From Deltaproteobacteria bacterium (GTDB lineage: Bacteria > Myxococcota > Kuafuiibacteriia > Kuafuiibacteriales > Kuafuiibacteriaceae), in assembly GCA_040218735.1 (NCBI GenBank), contig JAVJQW010000033.1, positions 64,001 through 128,000 on the forward strand: DNA of 64,000 nt, written 5' to 3'. The notes beneath the pieces were generated by a model. It was not told the DNA's origin and did not search any database. It saw only the letters and a program-made list of their open reading frames with translations. Position numbers and translations under genes: made by a program. Below, piece by piece: positions 54,152 to 63,004 of this stretch (its first letter is position 1; each line of letters opens with the position of its first letter).

Positions 54152-55666
54152 ATGAGACGAAACCAAACCCTCCTCACCCTCACCTCCCTCCTCGCGCTCG
54201 CCTGTGGAGACCTCGGAAACGGCGGCGAACGTGAGCGTCCGCTCCATGACCTGAGCCGCTTCGCGCTCACGCAGGTCCCGGCCCCGTCGGTGGGCAACTA
54301 TCGACTCGCGGAAGCGTCGAACCCCCGAACCATCCTCACCGTCGACCAGCTCTTCGAGAAGGACGGCGACCTGTGGTCCTTCACGCGACGCTGGCAGCAG
54401 GACGAGCTCATCTTCGCGCGTCACGACGCGAGCGGCGCCGTGATCGACGAACACCGCTTCACCGAGTCCGCCTACGGGCTCGTCGTGAGCGCCACCGCCG
54501 ACGCCAACGGGAACATCTGGATCGCGGGCGGCGGTGTGGTGCAGGAGCTGAACCTCGCGACGGGGGTCGTCGGGCGGAGCTACACGACCGTGCACGCTCC
54601 GGTCGTGGTGAGCGACGGGACGAACCTCTTCCTCGGTGCGCCCGGGCTGCTCCGTTCGATCGATCCGGCGACGGGCGTGGTCGTGCGGGACTTCCAGTCG
54701 ACGATTGACGAGATCGTCGAACGACACGACTGGCAGATCAACACGATCGCGTTCACGACCAACCTCATGTTGATCGGGCTGCGCTGGCAGTTCTCGGACA
54801 TCATCGCGATCGACCGGAGCACCGGCCGCTTCGTGGGCTTCGTCGGCAACGTGCCGCGCGGTGGAAGTGAGCGGGGCGTGTTGCTGGGGCGAGGCGGGAG
54901 CCTCCTGGGGATGTTGGACGACGTCACGCTCGTCGACGTCGCGCTCGGGGCGCCGCTCCCGGAGGTGTCGGTGGACAACGCGATCGCCTTCGAACACTCC
55001 GGCGCGCGGGCGATCACGGCCGTGGGTAACGAGCTCTGGGTGCTCTACGCGGACAACGCCGGAGCGAACCTCGTCGGCTACGACGCCGCGACGCGCGTGC
55101 CGCTGTCGGGGTACGCGCTCGACCCTGCGCTCGCGCAGGAGTTGTACGACGAGGACGACGACGTCTCGCCCTTCGGGCTCACTTACGCGAACAGCGAGAT
55201 GTACGTCGTCGCGATGTCCCCAGGCCTGGACTATCTGGGGAGCCGCGTCCGCGTCATCGATCACACGACGGGCAACCTGGCGCGTTCGTTCGACGTGCCG
55301 CAGATGATGACGGGGCTGTGCCACGACGGCACCACGTTGCACGCGATCGAGACCCCCGGCGGTTTCTTGAACCCGGGCATCGCGCCGCCCGAGCTTCACG
55401 AGCTCGACGACTCGAACGGCCTGTCGCAAACGTCGCGCACCGTGGACCTCGACACGCAGGCGCTGCCTTCGCTCGTGTGTGAGACGAACGCGGTCACGGT
55501 CGGCGCTTCGGACACGCGGCTGCAGGTCCGGCTCGCGACGACGTCGACGGCCGTCGACCACGCGTCGTTCCCGCTCCTCGAGGCCGGCTCCGGCGTCGAG
55601 ATCGGAGCGAGCCTGTTCATGATCGCGCCGTCGCGGAACGTCCTGTTCGATGCGAGTCGGCCGTAG
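54152..55666 (+). CDS. Lipoprotein with beta-propeller-like repeats
   Basis: Lipobox LLALAC; repeated blades (DANGNIW, IDPATG, IDRSTG, IDHTTG, GLCHDGTTL). Confidence 0.78.
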   Translation: MRRNQTLLTLTSLLALACGDLGNGGERERPLHDLSRFALTQVPAPSVGNYRLAEASNPRTILTVDQLFEKDGDLWSFTRRWQQDELIFARHDASGAVIDEHRFTESAYGLVVSATADANGNIWIAGGGVVQELNLATGVVGRSYTTVHAPVVVSDGTNLFLGAPGLLRSIDPATGVVVRDFQSTIDEIVERHDWQINTIAFTTNLMLIGLRWQFSDIIAIDRSTGRFVGFVGNVPRGGSERGVLLGRGGSLLGMLDDVTLVDVALGAPLPEVSVDNAIAFEHSGARAITAVGNELWVLYADNAGANLVGYDAATRVPLSGYALDPALAQELYDEDDDVSPFGLTYANSEMYVVAMSPGLDYLGSRVRVIDHTTGNLARSFDVPQMMTGLCHDGTTLHAIETPGGFLNPGIAPPELHELDDSNGLSQTSRTVDLDTQALPSLVCETNAVTVGASDTRLQVRLATTSTAVDHASFPLLEAGSGVEIGASLFMIAPSRNVLFDASRP

Positions 55667-55669
55667 GCC

Positions 55670-56944
55670 TCAAGGGCACGCCGACGCGTCCACCACGATC
55701 TCGCCGAACAGACGAATGCTGTTGTTCGGGATGTCGACGTCGAACGGGAGCAGGTCGACCCCCGAGCCCGTCATCGGCTTCACGCGCGCGTAGACGTTGT
55801 ACGTCCCGTCCGGGGTCCCCGCCGGGACGCGGAAGACGCGCCCGATGATCTTGCTGCTCATGGGCGGAACGTCGAACGTGCGTGTGTCCGGTGATTGAAG
55901 ATCGGCGGCGGCGCCGTTCACCTCGAAGACCTGGTCCTCGGAGAACCACAGCTGCTCTTCGGTGATCAGGTTGATCGTCGAGCGGTTGTTCAGCGTGTAG
56001 CGAACCTGGACGTAGTCACCCGCGCAGACCTCGTAGCCGCCGATCGGAAAGGCGCCCGCCGGGAGGCTGGGATCCACGCCGCAGTACACCGCGCCCGCGT
56101 GAATGTCGGCGTAGGTGTCGAAGCGCGGCGACACCTTGCAGTTGTAGACCTGCTTCGCTTTGTTCGTGCCTGCTTCGGCCGCCGTCTCGAACCAGGTGTT
56201 CGACACCGTCAGATCGATCGCGCTCGTCGGGTTCGCCGCCTCGTACGTCACCTGGAGCCCGAGGAGGTCGTCCGGGAACAGCTCGGCGCGCGGCACTTCG
56301 TTCGCGCCGCGCGTCCACGCGTCGACGCCGTACGCCATCACCGAGAGGTTCTCCTTCGCGTGCGCGAGCCCGAGTGTGTGTCCGATCTCGTGCAGGAGGA
56401 TCGCGCGGAACGAGGACCCGCCGGGGAACCCGATCGCCGACAGCCCGAGGTCGTCCGGCGGCCCGAAGATCCAGTTGAAGGACTTGTTGAAGCGTGCGTG
56501 CGCCTCGACGTAGGTGCAGCCACCGAGGTCCGGGTCCGTACCGCCGACCGCGGCCTTGTTGATGTTGCTCGTGAAGCCGACGACGATCGAGTGGTCCGGA
56601 TAGCTGTCGTCCTTCTTGACCGAAGCGAGGTCGATGTCGCCCGTCATGAGGTCACCCGCCTCGAGCCGGATGAAGGTGTTGTTCGCGGTGTTGTACTCCT
56701 CGATCACCGCGTCGATGTCCGCCATCAGGTAGAGGAGGTACACAAGCGACTCGACGCCCGTGATGCCCACGCCGTCGAGGTAGTCGAAGAAGCTGTCCGT
56801 CGCGACGTGGACCTGCACCGGCGTGGAGAAGTCCCAGCTCGCGCCGCCCTGCGGGCAGTCGGACTGAAGGCGGCGGAACGCGTGGGCGGGGGTCGCCGCG
56901 AGCGACGCGGCGATGAGGAGTGCGCAGGAGATGGTTCGCGTCAT
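55670..56944 (-). CDS. Secreted metzincin (matrixin-like) zinc metalloprotease with C-terminal Ig/CARDB-like domain
   Basis: Signal peptide ending AHA; HEIGHTLGLAH; Met-turn SVM; VPAGTPDGTY and NN at the C-terminus. Confidence 0.82.
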   Translation of the reverse strand: MTRTISCALLIAASLAATPAHAFRRLQSDCPQGGASWDFSTPVQVHVATDSFFDYLDGVGITGVESLVYLLYLMADIDAVIEEYNTANNTFIRLEAGDLMTGDIDLASVKKDDSYPDHSIVVGFTSNINKAAVGGTDPDLGGCTYVEAHARFNKSFNWIFGPPDDLGLSAIGFPGGSSFRAILLHEIGHTLGLAHAKENLSVMAYGVDAWTRGANEVPRAELFPDDLLGLQVTYEAANPTSAIDLTVSNTWFETAAEAGTNKAKQVYNCKVSPRFDTYADIHAGAVYCGVDPSLPAGAFPIGGYEVCAGDYVQVRYTLNNRSTINLITEEQLWFSEDQVFEVNGAAADLQSPDTRTFDVPPMSSKIIGRVFRVPAGTPDGTYNVYARVKPMTGSGVDLLPFDVDIPNNSIRLFGEIVVDASACP

Positions 56945-57152
56945 GTGATGATCTATGCGCCGACGGCGCGAGACCTCACGCGACGGCTCGATCCTCGTCG
57001 TATTCGACGAGCCTGCCGCCTCCAGGTATTCAAGGGAGTCGCGATGTCCATTCCCGACTAGGGAAGGAACCTGACGGGGTACGCGTACCCGGCGGCTGAA
57101 CAGTTTCAACTTCGGTCGTCGGCCGAGCTCCAGTGATACGCGGCAACGAGAC

Positions 57153-57587
57153 ATGCATCAGTGCGATGAACTACTTCGTGCGTGCGGCGTTGTCGGCGTC
57201 GGGGCGCGCCGGTTGACGGACACGGAGGCGAGCGCGTTCGTGGCGCGCGTTGTCGAGCGCTTTAGGCCGACGAAGATGTCGGGGCACCTGGCGATCGGTG
57301 ACGACTCGGCCTTGCTGGCTACCGATGCGTTCGAGTTCAGACTGGGGGCCGCGCTGACCGAGGAGCCTGTTCGGGTGTTCTTCGATCAGGAAGGTCCGAA
57401 TCGGCGATCCGTCGTGGAGCTCGACGATGGACGTCGACTGGGGGAGGTCATGGAGGAGAGCTTCGGGATGGAGTACTTCGTCGCGGACGTGTCCGCGTCG
57501 TTCCTCATCTCGGTGAATTGGTATGCGATCGAGTTTGCCGGAGCAGCGCTCGAGTTGCGGGCGAGGCTCCTTCGGGAGGGCAGGTAG
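57153..57587 (+). CDS. Hypothetical protein, DUF6756/immunity-protein-like
   Basis: 144 aa with more T-ending codons than its neighbours; PVRVFFD...MEYFVAD...FLISVNW pattern. Confidence 0.55.
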   Translation: MHQCDELLRACGVVGVGARRLTDTEASAFVARVVERFRPTKMSGHLAIGDDSALLATDAFEFRLGAALTEEPVRVFFDQEGPNRRSVVELDDGRRLGEVMEESFGMEYFVADVSASFLISVNWYAIEFAGAALELRARLLREGR

Positions 57588-57627
57588 TCGGGGCACGATC
57601 TTCGAGGCGCGTAACGCCCGAGCACGA

Positions 57628-57651
57628 AGCCGGACGCCACCGCGTCCGGCT
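57628..57651. terminator. Hairpin between convergent genes, possible bidirectional terminator
   Basis: Perfect 10-bp stem AGCCGGACGC-CACC-GCGTCCGGCT; no U-tract. Confidence 0.5.
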
Positions 57652-57662
57652 CCACACGTCCG

Positions 57663-58616
57663 CTACAGCTTCTCGATCAGCTCCGGCACGACCTTGAACA
57701 GGTCGGCCACGAGCCCGTAGTCGGCGATCTGGAAGATCGGCGCGTCCGGGTCCTTGTTGATCGCGACGATCGTCTTCGAACCCTTCATGCCCGCGACGTG
57801 CTGGATCGCGCCGGAGATTCCGATCGCGAAGTACAGCTCCGGCGCGACGACCTTGCCGGTCTGGCCGACCTGCATGTCGTTGGGCACCCAGCCCGCGTCG
57901 ACGACGGCGCGGCTGGCGCCGATGCCGGCGTTGAGCTTGTCGGCGAGGGGCTCGATCAGCGCCGGGAAGTTGCCGGCCTCCTTGAGGCCGCGACCGCCCG
58001 AGATGACGACGCGCGCTTCGGTGAGCTCCGGACGCTCCGACTCGATCTTGTCGAACTTCACGTACTCCGTCTTGAGCCCGCCGAGGTCGACGGAGAGCGC
58101 CTTCACCTCACCCGCGTCGCCCGGCTGGGCGGCGTCGAACTCGGTGGGGCGCGTCGTGATCACCTTCGTGTCCGTGGTGATCTCGACCGTCGCGATGACG
58201 TTACCCGCCTGCACCGGACGGCGCACCGCGAAGCCTTCGTCGCCCGCGAAGCCGAGGATGTCCGAAGCCATCCCCGCGCCGAGGAGCGCCGCCGCGCGCG
58301 GCATGACGTCCTTGCCGTGCGACGTCGCCGCCATTACGACCACCGTCGCGCCCGCGGCCTCCGCGCCGGCCTTGATGACCTTCGCGTACGCCTCGGCGAG
58401 CGGGTTCGCGAGCGCCGCGTCGTCCGCCACGTGGACGGCCGCGCCGTACTTCGCGAGCTCACCTGCGGCTTCGCCGATGCCCGAGCCGATCGCGAGCAGC
58501 TGCACGTTGCCGCCGCTGCGCTTCGCCGCCTCGTTCGCAAACGTGACCGCGGTGAATGTGGCGCCCTTGATCGCGCCTTCCGAGATTTCGCTGACGACCA
58601 GTACGTTCGACATCAC
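57663..58616 (-). CDS. etfA: Electron transfer flavoprotein alpha subunit
   Basis: ELTEARVVISGGRG, GASRAVVDAGW, QVGQTGK, GISGAIQH, AINKDPDAPIF. Confidence 0.96.
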   Translation of the reverse strand: MMSNVLVVSEISEGAIKGATFTAVTFANEAAKRSGGNVQLLAIGSGIGEAAGELAKYGAAVHVADDAALANPLAEAYAKVIKAGAEAAGATVVVMAATSHGKDVMPRAAALLGAGMASDILGFAGDEGFAVRRPVQAGNVIATVEITTDTKVITTRPTEFDAAQPGDAGEVKALSVDLGGLKTEYVKFDKIESERPELTEARVVISGGRGLKEAGNFPALIEPLADKLNAGIGASRAVVDAGWVPNDMQVGQTGKVVAPELYFAIGISGAIQHVAGMKGSKTIVAINKDPDAPIFQIADYGLVADLFKVVPELIEKL

Positions 58617-59401
58617 AGCACCTTCGCTTCGTTCTTGAGCTTACCGAGCAGCTCGTCCACGTCCTCGACCTTCACGCCCGCCTGCCGCTCGGGCGGCTCG
58701 GCGTACTTCACGGTGCGGACCTTCGCGGAGACGTCGACGCCGAGGCTGTCGACCGCGATCTCCTTCACCTCCTTCTTCTTCGCCTTCATGATGCCGGGCA
58801 GCGAGGCGAAGCGGGGGTGGTTGAGGCGAAGGTCGGTCGTGACGATCGCCGGGAGCTTCAGCTTGAGCGTCTCGAGGCCGCCGTCGACCTCACGCAGCAC
58901 GGTCGCGTGACCGTCCGCGACTTCGACGCCGGGCTTTTGCGCCTTCTCCTCGTCGGAGTCGAGCGCGGCCGTCTTCGACGCAAACGTCGCCTGCGGCCAG
59001 TCGAGGTACCCCGCGAGGAGCTGACCCGCCTGGTTGGCGTCGTCGTCGGTGGCCTGCTTGCCCATGATCACCAGATCGGGCTGCTCGTCTTCGACGATCT
59101 TCTGCAGCAGGCGCGCGACGGCGTCGGGGTCGAGCTCGTCGCTGAGCACGAGGATGCCGCGGTTGGCACCCATCGCCAGACCCTGTCGGATCTGCTGCGT
59201 GGCGTCTTTGCTACCAATGCTCGCGACGACGACTTCGCCGCCGTGGGCCTTGGCCAGGCGCAGCGCTTCTTCGACGGCGATTTCGTCGAAGGGGTTGGCT
59301 ACGAAGTTCATGCCGTCGGTCACCAGGCCGGACCCGTCGGGCGCGATCTTGACCTTGCGCTCGTAGTCCGTGACCCGCTTGACGGTGACGAGGATCTTCA
59401 T
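58613..59401 (-). CDS. etfB: Electron transfer flavoprotein beta subunit
   Basis: MKILVTVKRV, NPFDEIAVEEALRL, GKQATDDD, REVDGG, PRFASLPGIMKAKKK. Confidence 0.96.
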   Translation of the reverse strand: MKILVTVKRVTDYERKVKIAPDGSGLVTDGMNFVANPFDEIAVEEALRLAKAHGGEVVVASIGSKDATQQIRQGLAMGANRGILVLSDELDPDAVARLLQKIVEDEQPDLVIMGKQATDDDANQAGQLLAGYLDWPQATFASKTAALDSDEEKAQKPGVEVADGHATVLREVDGGLETLKLKLPAIVTTDLRLNHPRFASLPGIMKAKKKEVKEIAVDSLGVDVSAKVRTVKYAEPPERQAGVKVEDVDELLGKLKNEAKVL

Positions 59402-59487
59402 GGACGTCTCCTATCGGTTGAGACCGGCTGCACCCCCGCTCGGAATTGATGCGGTGTGTCAGTCGGTGGTCCGCGGTTTAGTGTTCC

Positions 59488-59505
59488 GTTGACTCGCGTG
59501 TCAAC
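59488..59505. promoter_or_regulatory. Palindrome GTTGAC-N6-GTCAAC between divergent etfB and parA
   Basis: GTTGACTCGCGTGTCAAC; includes a minus-strand TTGACA -35 box facing etfB. Confidence 0.5.
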
Positions 59506-59553
59506 CGTTGCGAGGTCGGGTCCCGCGTGCTACCCGCCAACGCCAACGGACTC

Positions 59554-60330
59554 GTGGCCCGCATCATCGCCATTGCCAACCAAAAAGGTGGCGTCGGAAA
59601 GACCACCACCGCGGTGAACCTCGGGGCGTCCCTAGCTGCGGACGGCCGGAAGGTCCTCGTGGTGGACATCGATCCCCAAGGGAACGCCTCCAGCGGCGTG
59701 GGCGTGCCCATGGCCGAGCTGGAGCAGGGGGTCTACGACATCCTCATCAACGGGGTGGCCGCCGAACAGATCGTGCGGTCGACCGACATCGAGACGCTCT
59801 GGGTCGCCCCCGCGAACCGCGACCTCGCGGGCGCCTCCCTCGAGCTCGCGAGCCTCGAAGCCGCGCACACGCGCCTGCGAGAACAGCTCGCCCCGATCCG
59901 CGACCGCTACGACTACATCGTCATCGACTGCCCGCCGTCGCTCGACCTCCTCACGATCAACGGCCTCACCGCCGCCGACTCCGTGCTCATCCCGGTGCAG
60001 TGCGAGTACTACGCGATGGAGGGGCTCTCGAAGCTCGTCGAGACCATCGAGATGGTGCGCGACAGCTTGAACGAGCAGCTCACGATCGAAGGCATCCTCT
60101 TCACGATGTACGACCCGCGGAACAACCTCTCGGGCCAGGTCGTCAACGAGGTCCGCGGCTACTTCACCGACAAGGTCTTCGAGACGATGATCCCGCGGAA
60201 CATCCGCCTCTCCGAGGCGCCGTCGTTCGGGCAGCCCTGCATCCTCTACGACATCGCGAGCCGCGGCTCGCAGTGTTACCTGCAGCTCGCCCGCGAGCTC
60301 GAGTCCCGGCACCCCGCCGAAGCCGCCTAG
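59554..60330 (+). CDS. parA: ParA/Soj family ATPase
   Basis: ANQKGGVGKTTT, DIDPQGNA, IDCPPSL, PVQCEYYAMEG, IPRNIRLSEAPSFG; start GTG 59554 or 59527. Confidence 0.93.
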   Translation: MARIIAIANQKGGVGKTTTAVNLGASLAADGRKVLVVDIDPQGNASSGVGVPMAELEQGVYDILINGVAAEQIVRSTDIETLWVAPANRDLAGASLELASLEAAHTRLREQLAPIRDRYDYIVIDCPPSLDLLTINGLTAADSVLIPVQCEYYAMEGLSKLVETIEMVRDSLNEQLTIEGILFTMYDPRNNLSGQVVNEVRGYFTDKVFETMIPRNIRLSEAPSFGQPCILYDIASRGSQCYLQLARELESRHPAEAA

Positions 60331-62226
60331 TCACTTTCTCAGCGCACGCCGCAAGAGGCTCCGGCAACGTCGGACCGTTGGTCCGCGCGCGCCGAACGCT
60401 TCTCCGTTGTCGATACACGCGTTGACGGCCGTACGCTCTCCGGTCCCCGCGGCGAGCCGTGCTTCACAGAGGCGTCGCATCGTCCGCAGCGCGTCGAGCG
60501 CGGCCTCCAGGCGCTGCTGCTCCGACTGGAACGGGTCCTCCGCCTTACGGATGCTCGCGTCGATCCGCTCCCAGGCCTTGGCGTCTTCTCGTGACGACGC
60601 GAGGTCGCGGCGCGTGTTCGCGACCATCGCGCGGACCTTTTCGGCGTCCTTCGCGTTGGGTCGCAGCTGGAGGTAGCGCTCGTAGTGCTCGATGGCCTTC
60701 TCGTGGTCGTCGTTTCGTGCGTGCAGCACGCCGAGTGATCGGTGGCTCGGGGCGTGGTTCGGGTTCGCGCGCACCGCGGCCTCCAGTGCTTCCTCCGCGC
60801 GTCGGAGCTCGCCGAGCAGGAGATACCGATTCCCCGCGGTGTAGAGCTGCGCATCCGAGGGGCGCGATGGTTGCGGTGCTCCCGAGGCCTCGGGCGCCGC
60901 GCCACCGTCCCGTACGATGCGCTCCGCCTCGGCGCGGGGGGCTGCGCCCGGGCGCTGGATGACGCCGGGGCTTCGGGCGGGCCGACGCTCCGGCTCGGCG
61001 CGAGGCTGCTCCCGCACGGCGACGCGTGTCGCCATCGCGACCAACAAACCCATCGCAAGAGCGATCAAGACGTAGAGCCCGACCTTTCGACGTCGGCGCG
61101 GAGGCGCGCGGCGGACCGCAGGCCTTCGGGGCGGCTTGGGCTTGGCGTTACGGACGTCGGTGCGCGTCGGCTCGGCGGGACGTGCGACCGGGTCCGTGCG
61201 CGTCGCGTCGACCTCGAACAGGTCTGCGTTCACCTGCCCGGTGGTTTCGAGCGCTCCTTCGGACGCGGCCGTCATCGCGTCGATCCACGACCGCACTGCG
61301 GCGCGGGAGACCTCCAGACGGACGGACTCGACGGCGGAGGTGAGGTCGAGGCGAAACGCCTCCGCGCTCGCGTGGCGGTCGCCCGGCGCGGGGGAGAGGG
61401 CTCGCTCCACTACGCGGGCAACGAGGGGCGGCACGCCGTGTGAAGTCGGCTTCGGGTAGGCGCGCTGGGACTGGGCTTCGATCAGCTCGTCCACCGGGGA
61501 GCGGCGAAACGCGCGCTGCCCGGTCATCGCCTCGAGCGCTACGACACCCATCGCGAACACGTCGGACGCGACGGTCGCTTCCGCGCCGCGGAGCCGCTCC
61601 GGCGCCAGGTAGCGAAGCGTACCCACGAACTTCTGGTTGACGGTCAGGCGCGTGTGTACGGCGCGGCGAGCGAGGCCGAAGTCGATGAGCTTCGTCGAGC
61701 CGTTGGTCAGCACCATCAAGTTCGACGGTTTGAGATCACGGTGCAGGAGGCCGAGCGCGTGCGCGGCCTCCAACCCCGCGCACGTATCGGTGACGATCTG
61801 CAGGACCGCGGGCAGATCGACGCGGCCCCGCGCCTGCTGGATCAGCGCGCCGAGCGCGACGCCGTCGAGGAACTCCATCACGATGTAGGGCGGGCTCTCG
61901 GAGAGGTCGAGATCGAAGAGCTGCACCACGTTGGGGTGACGGAGGCGGTGGAGCGCCTCCGCTTCGTGTCGAAAGCGGACCAGCGCGGTCTCCTCGGTGC
62001 TCGGGAGGATCGTCTTGAGGACACAGACGCGGTCGAGCGCTCGGTGCGTCGCGAGGTGCACCGCGCCCATCCCGCCGCGCGCTACCTCGCGCAGGATGAC
62101 GTACGGACCGATCGAACCCGGCTTCACTTGGATCCCGAGGCCCACGTCGACGAGCGGCTCGATCCCCACGGACAGGTCGTCATGTTGGACGCCGATTCGG
62201 CTGCGGAGCCCGGGTGCGACGTGCAC
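60331..62226 (-). CDS. Membrane Ser/Thr protein kinase with extracytoplasmic TPR
   Basis: ARGGMGAV, VLK, HRDLKPSN, DFG, GTLRYLAPE, SDVFAMG; TM; TPR ending YLQLRPNAKDA. Start uncertain. Confidence 0.88.
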   Translation of the reverse strand: MHVAPGLRSRIGVQHDDLSVGIEPLVDVGLGIQVKPGSIGPYVILREVARGGMGAVHLATHRALDRVCVLKTILPSTEETALVRFRHEAEALHRLRHPNVVQLFDLDLSESPPYIVMEFLDGVALGALIQQARGRVDLPAVLQIVTDTCAGLEAAHALGLLHRDLKPSNLMVLTNGSTKLIDFGLARRAVHTRLTVNQKFVGTLRYLAPERLRGAEATVASDVFAMGVVALEAMTGQRAFRRSPVDELIEAQSQRAYPKPTSHGVPPLVARVVERALSPAPGDRHASAEAFRLDLTSAVESVRLEVSRAAVRSWIDAMTAASEGALETTGQVNADLFEVDATRTDPVARPAEPTRTDVRNAKPKPPRRPAVRRAPPRRRRKVGLYVLIALAMGLLVAMATRVAVREQPRAEPERRPARSPGVIQRPGAAPRAEAERIVRDGGAAPEASGAPQPSRPSDAQLYTAGNRYLLLGELRRAEEALEAAVRANPNHAPSHRSLGVLHARNDDHEKAIEHYERYLQLRPNAKDAEKVRAMVANTRRDLASSREDAKAWERIDASIRKAEDPFQSEQQRLEAALDALRTMRRLCEARLAAGTGERTAVNACIDNGEAFGARGPTVRRCRSLLRRALRK

Positions 62227-62260
62227 ATGCTCCGCGGGATCATAGCCGAGGATGCGTCGG

Positions 62261-62896
62261 CTACCGCACGACCACGGGCACCGAGGTCGCGGCGCCCCCG
62301 TAGCGCACCCGCACCGTCGTCTCGCCGGGGGCGAGCGCTCGCAGCGTCCCGGGGGTCGCGCAGGGATCGCGCTCCACGACCTCGAGTACGTCGGGATCGT
62401 CGACGGCGACTTCGCGCTTGCCGTACACGACGCGCTCGTCGGCGTTCGTCGCCGACAGGCTCAGGATCGCGTTCGTCCCGCGCGTCAGGAGGACCGTGCC
62501 ATCGCGGGTCTGTCCGCCGTCGATCGCGACGTCGATCGCCGTGACCGCCACCGACTCGAGCTCGATGCTCCCGAAGTAGCCGACTCCGCTCATCTCGACG
62601 ATCGAGACGCCGCTGCGTTCGGCGCGCAGGGTCGTGCCAGCGAGGAGCTCCCACGCCTCTCCCGAGACCACGTTCACTTCGAGCGTGGCCGGCGTGGGCT
62701 CACGACACGTGGACTGGCCGAAGGACTCGCAGCGGACGTGGCTCTGGAGATCCACGGTCGTCCCGACCGCGTACGCCTGACGGGGCGCAAAGTCGCGCCC
62801 CTGTTGGCACCCGCGCGCTCGCGCCGAGACCTCCACGTTCTGTTGGCCCAAGGAACACGCGGGCAGCAGCGCGACGAAGACGAACCTGTGCACCAT
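62261..62896 (-). CDS. Hypothetical lipoprotein with Ig-like (Big_2-like) domain
   Basis: Lipobox LLPAC; DDPDVLEV...LRALAPGETTVRV. Confidence 0.72.
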   Translation of the reverse strand: MVHRFVFVALLPACSLGQQNVEVSARARGCQQGRDFAPRQAYAVGTTVDLQSHVRCESFGQSTCREPTPATLEVNVVSGEAWELLAGTTLRAERSGVSIVEMSGVGYFGSIELESVAVTAIDVAIDGGQTRDGTVLLTRGTNAILSLSATNADERVVYGKREVAVDDPDVLEVVERDPCATPGTLRALAPGETTVRVRYGGAATSVPVVVR

Positions 62897-62910
62897 GCAG
62901 CGTGAAGAGA

Positions 62911-62925
62911 CCAAGGTTCGTGCCA
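62911..62925 (-). promoter_or_regulatory. Possible sigma54-like promoter
   Basis: TGGCACG-AACC-TTGG, with -12 GC imperfect, just upstream of ATG 62896. Confidence 0.3.
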
Positions 62926-63004
62926 CGGCGACCACGCCGCGCGAGCGCGCGTCGCGTGTGCCGCCGCCTGCACACTGTGCAACCCGGCGTACACGGCTGC
63001 CGCG

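Noticed and set aside
59402-60400. parS site or replication origin near parA
   Set aside because: No GTTnCACGTGnAAC palindrome or DnaA-box cluster seen.
62236-62243. GGGATCAT resembling the ECF -35 box
   Set aside because: Faces away from the flanking minus-strand genes and has no GGTCT at the right spacing.
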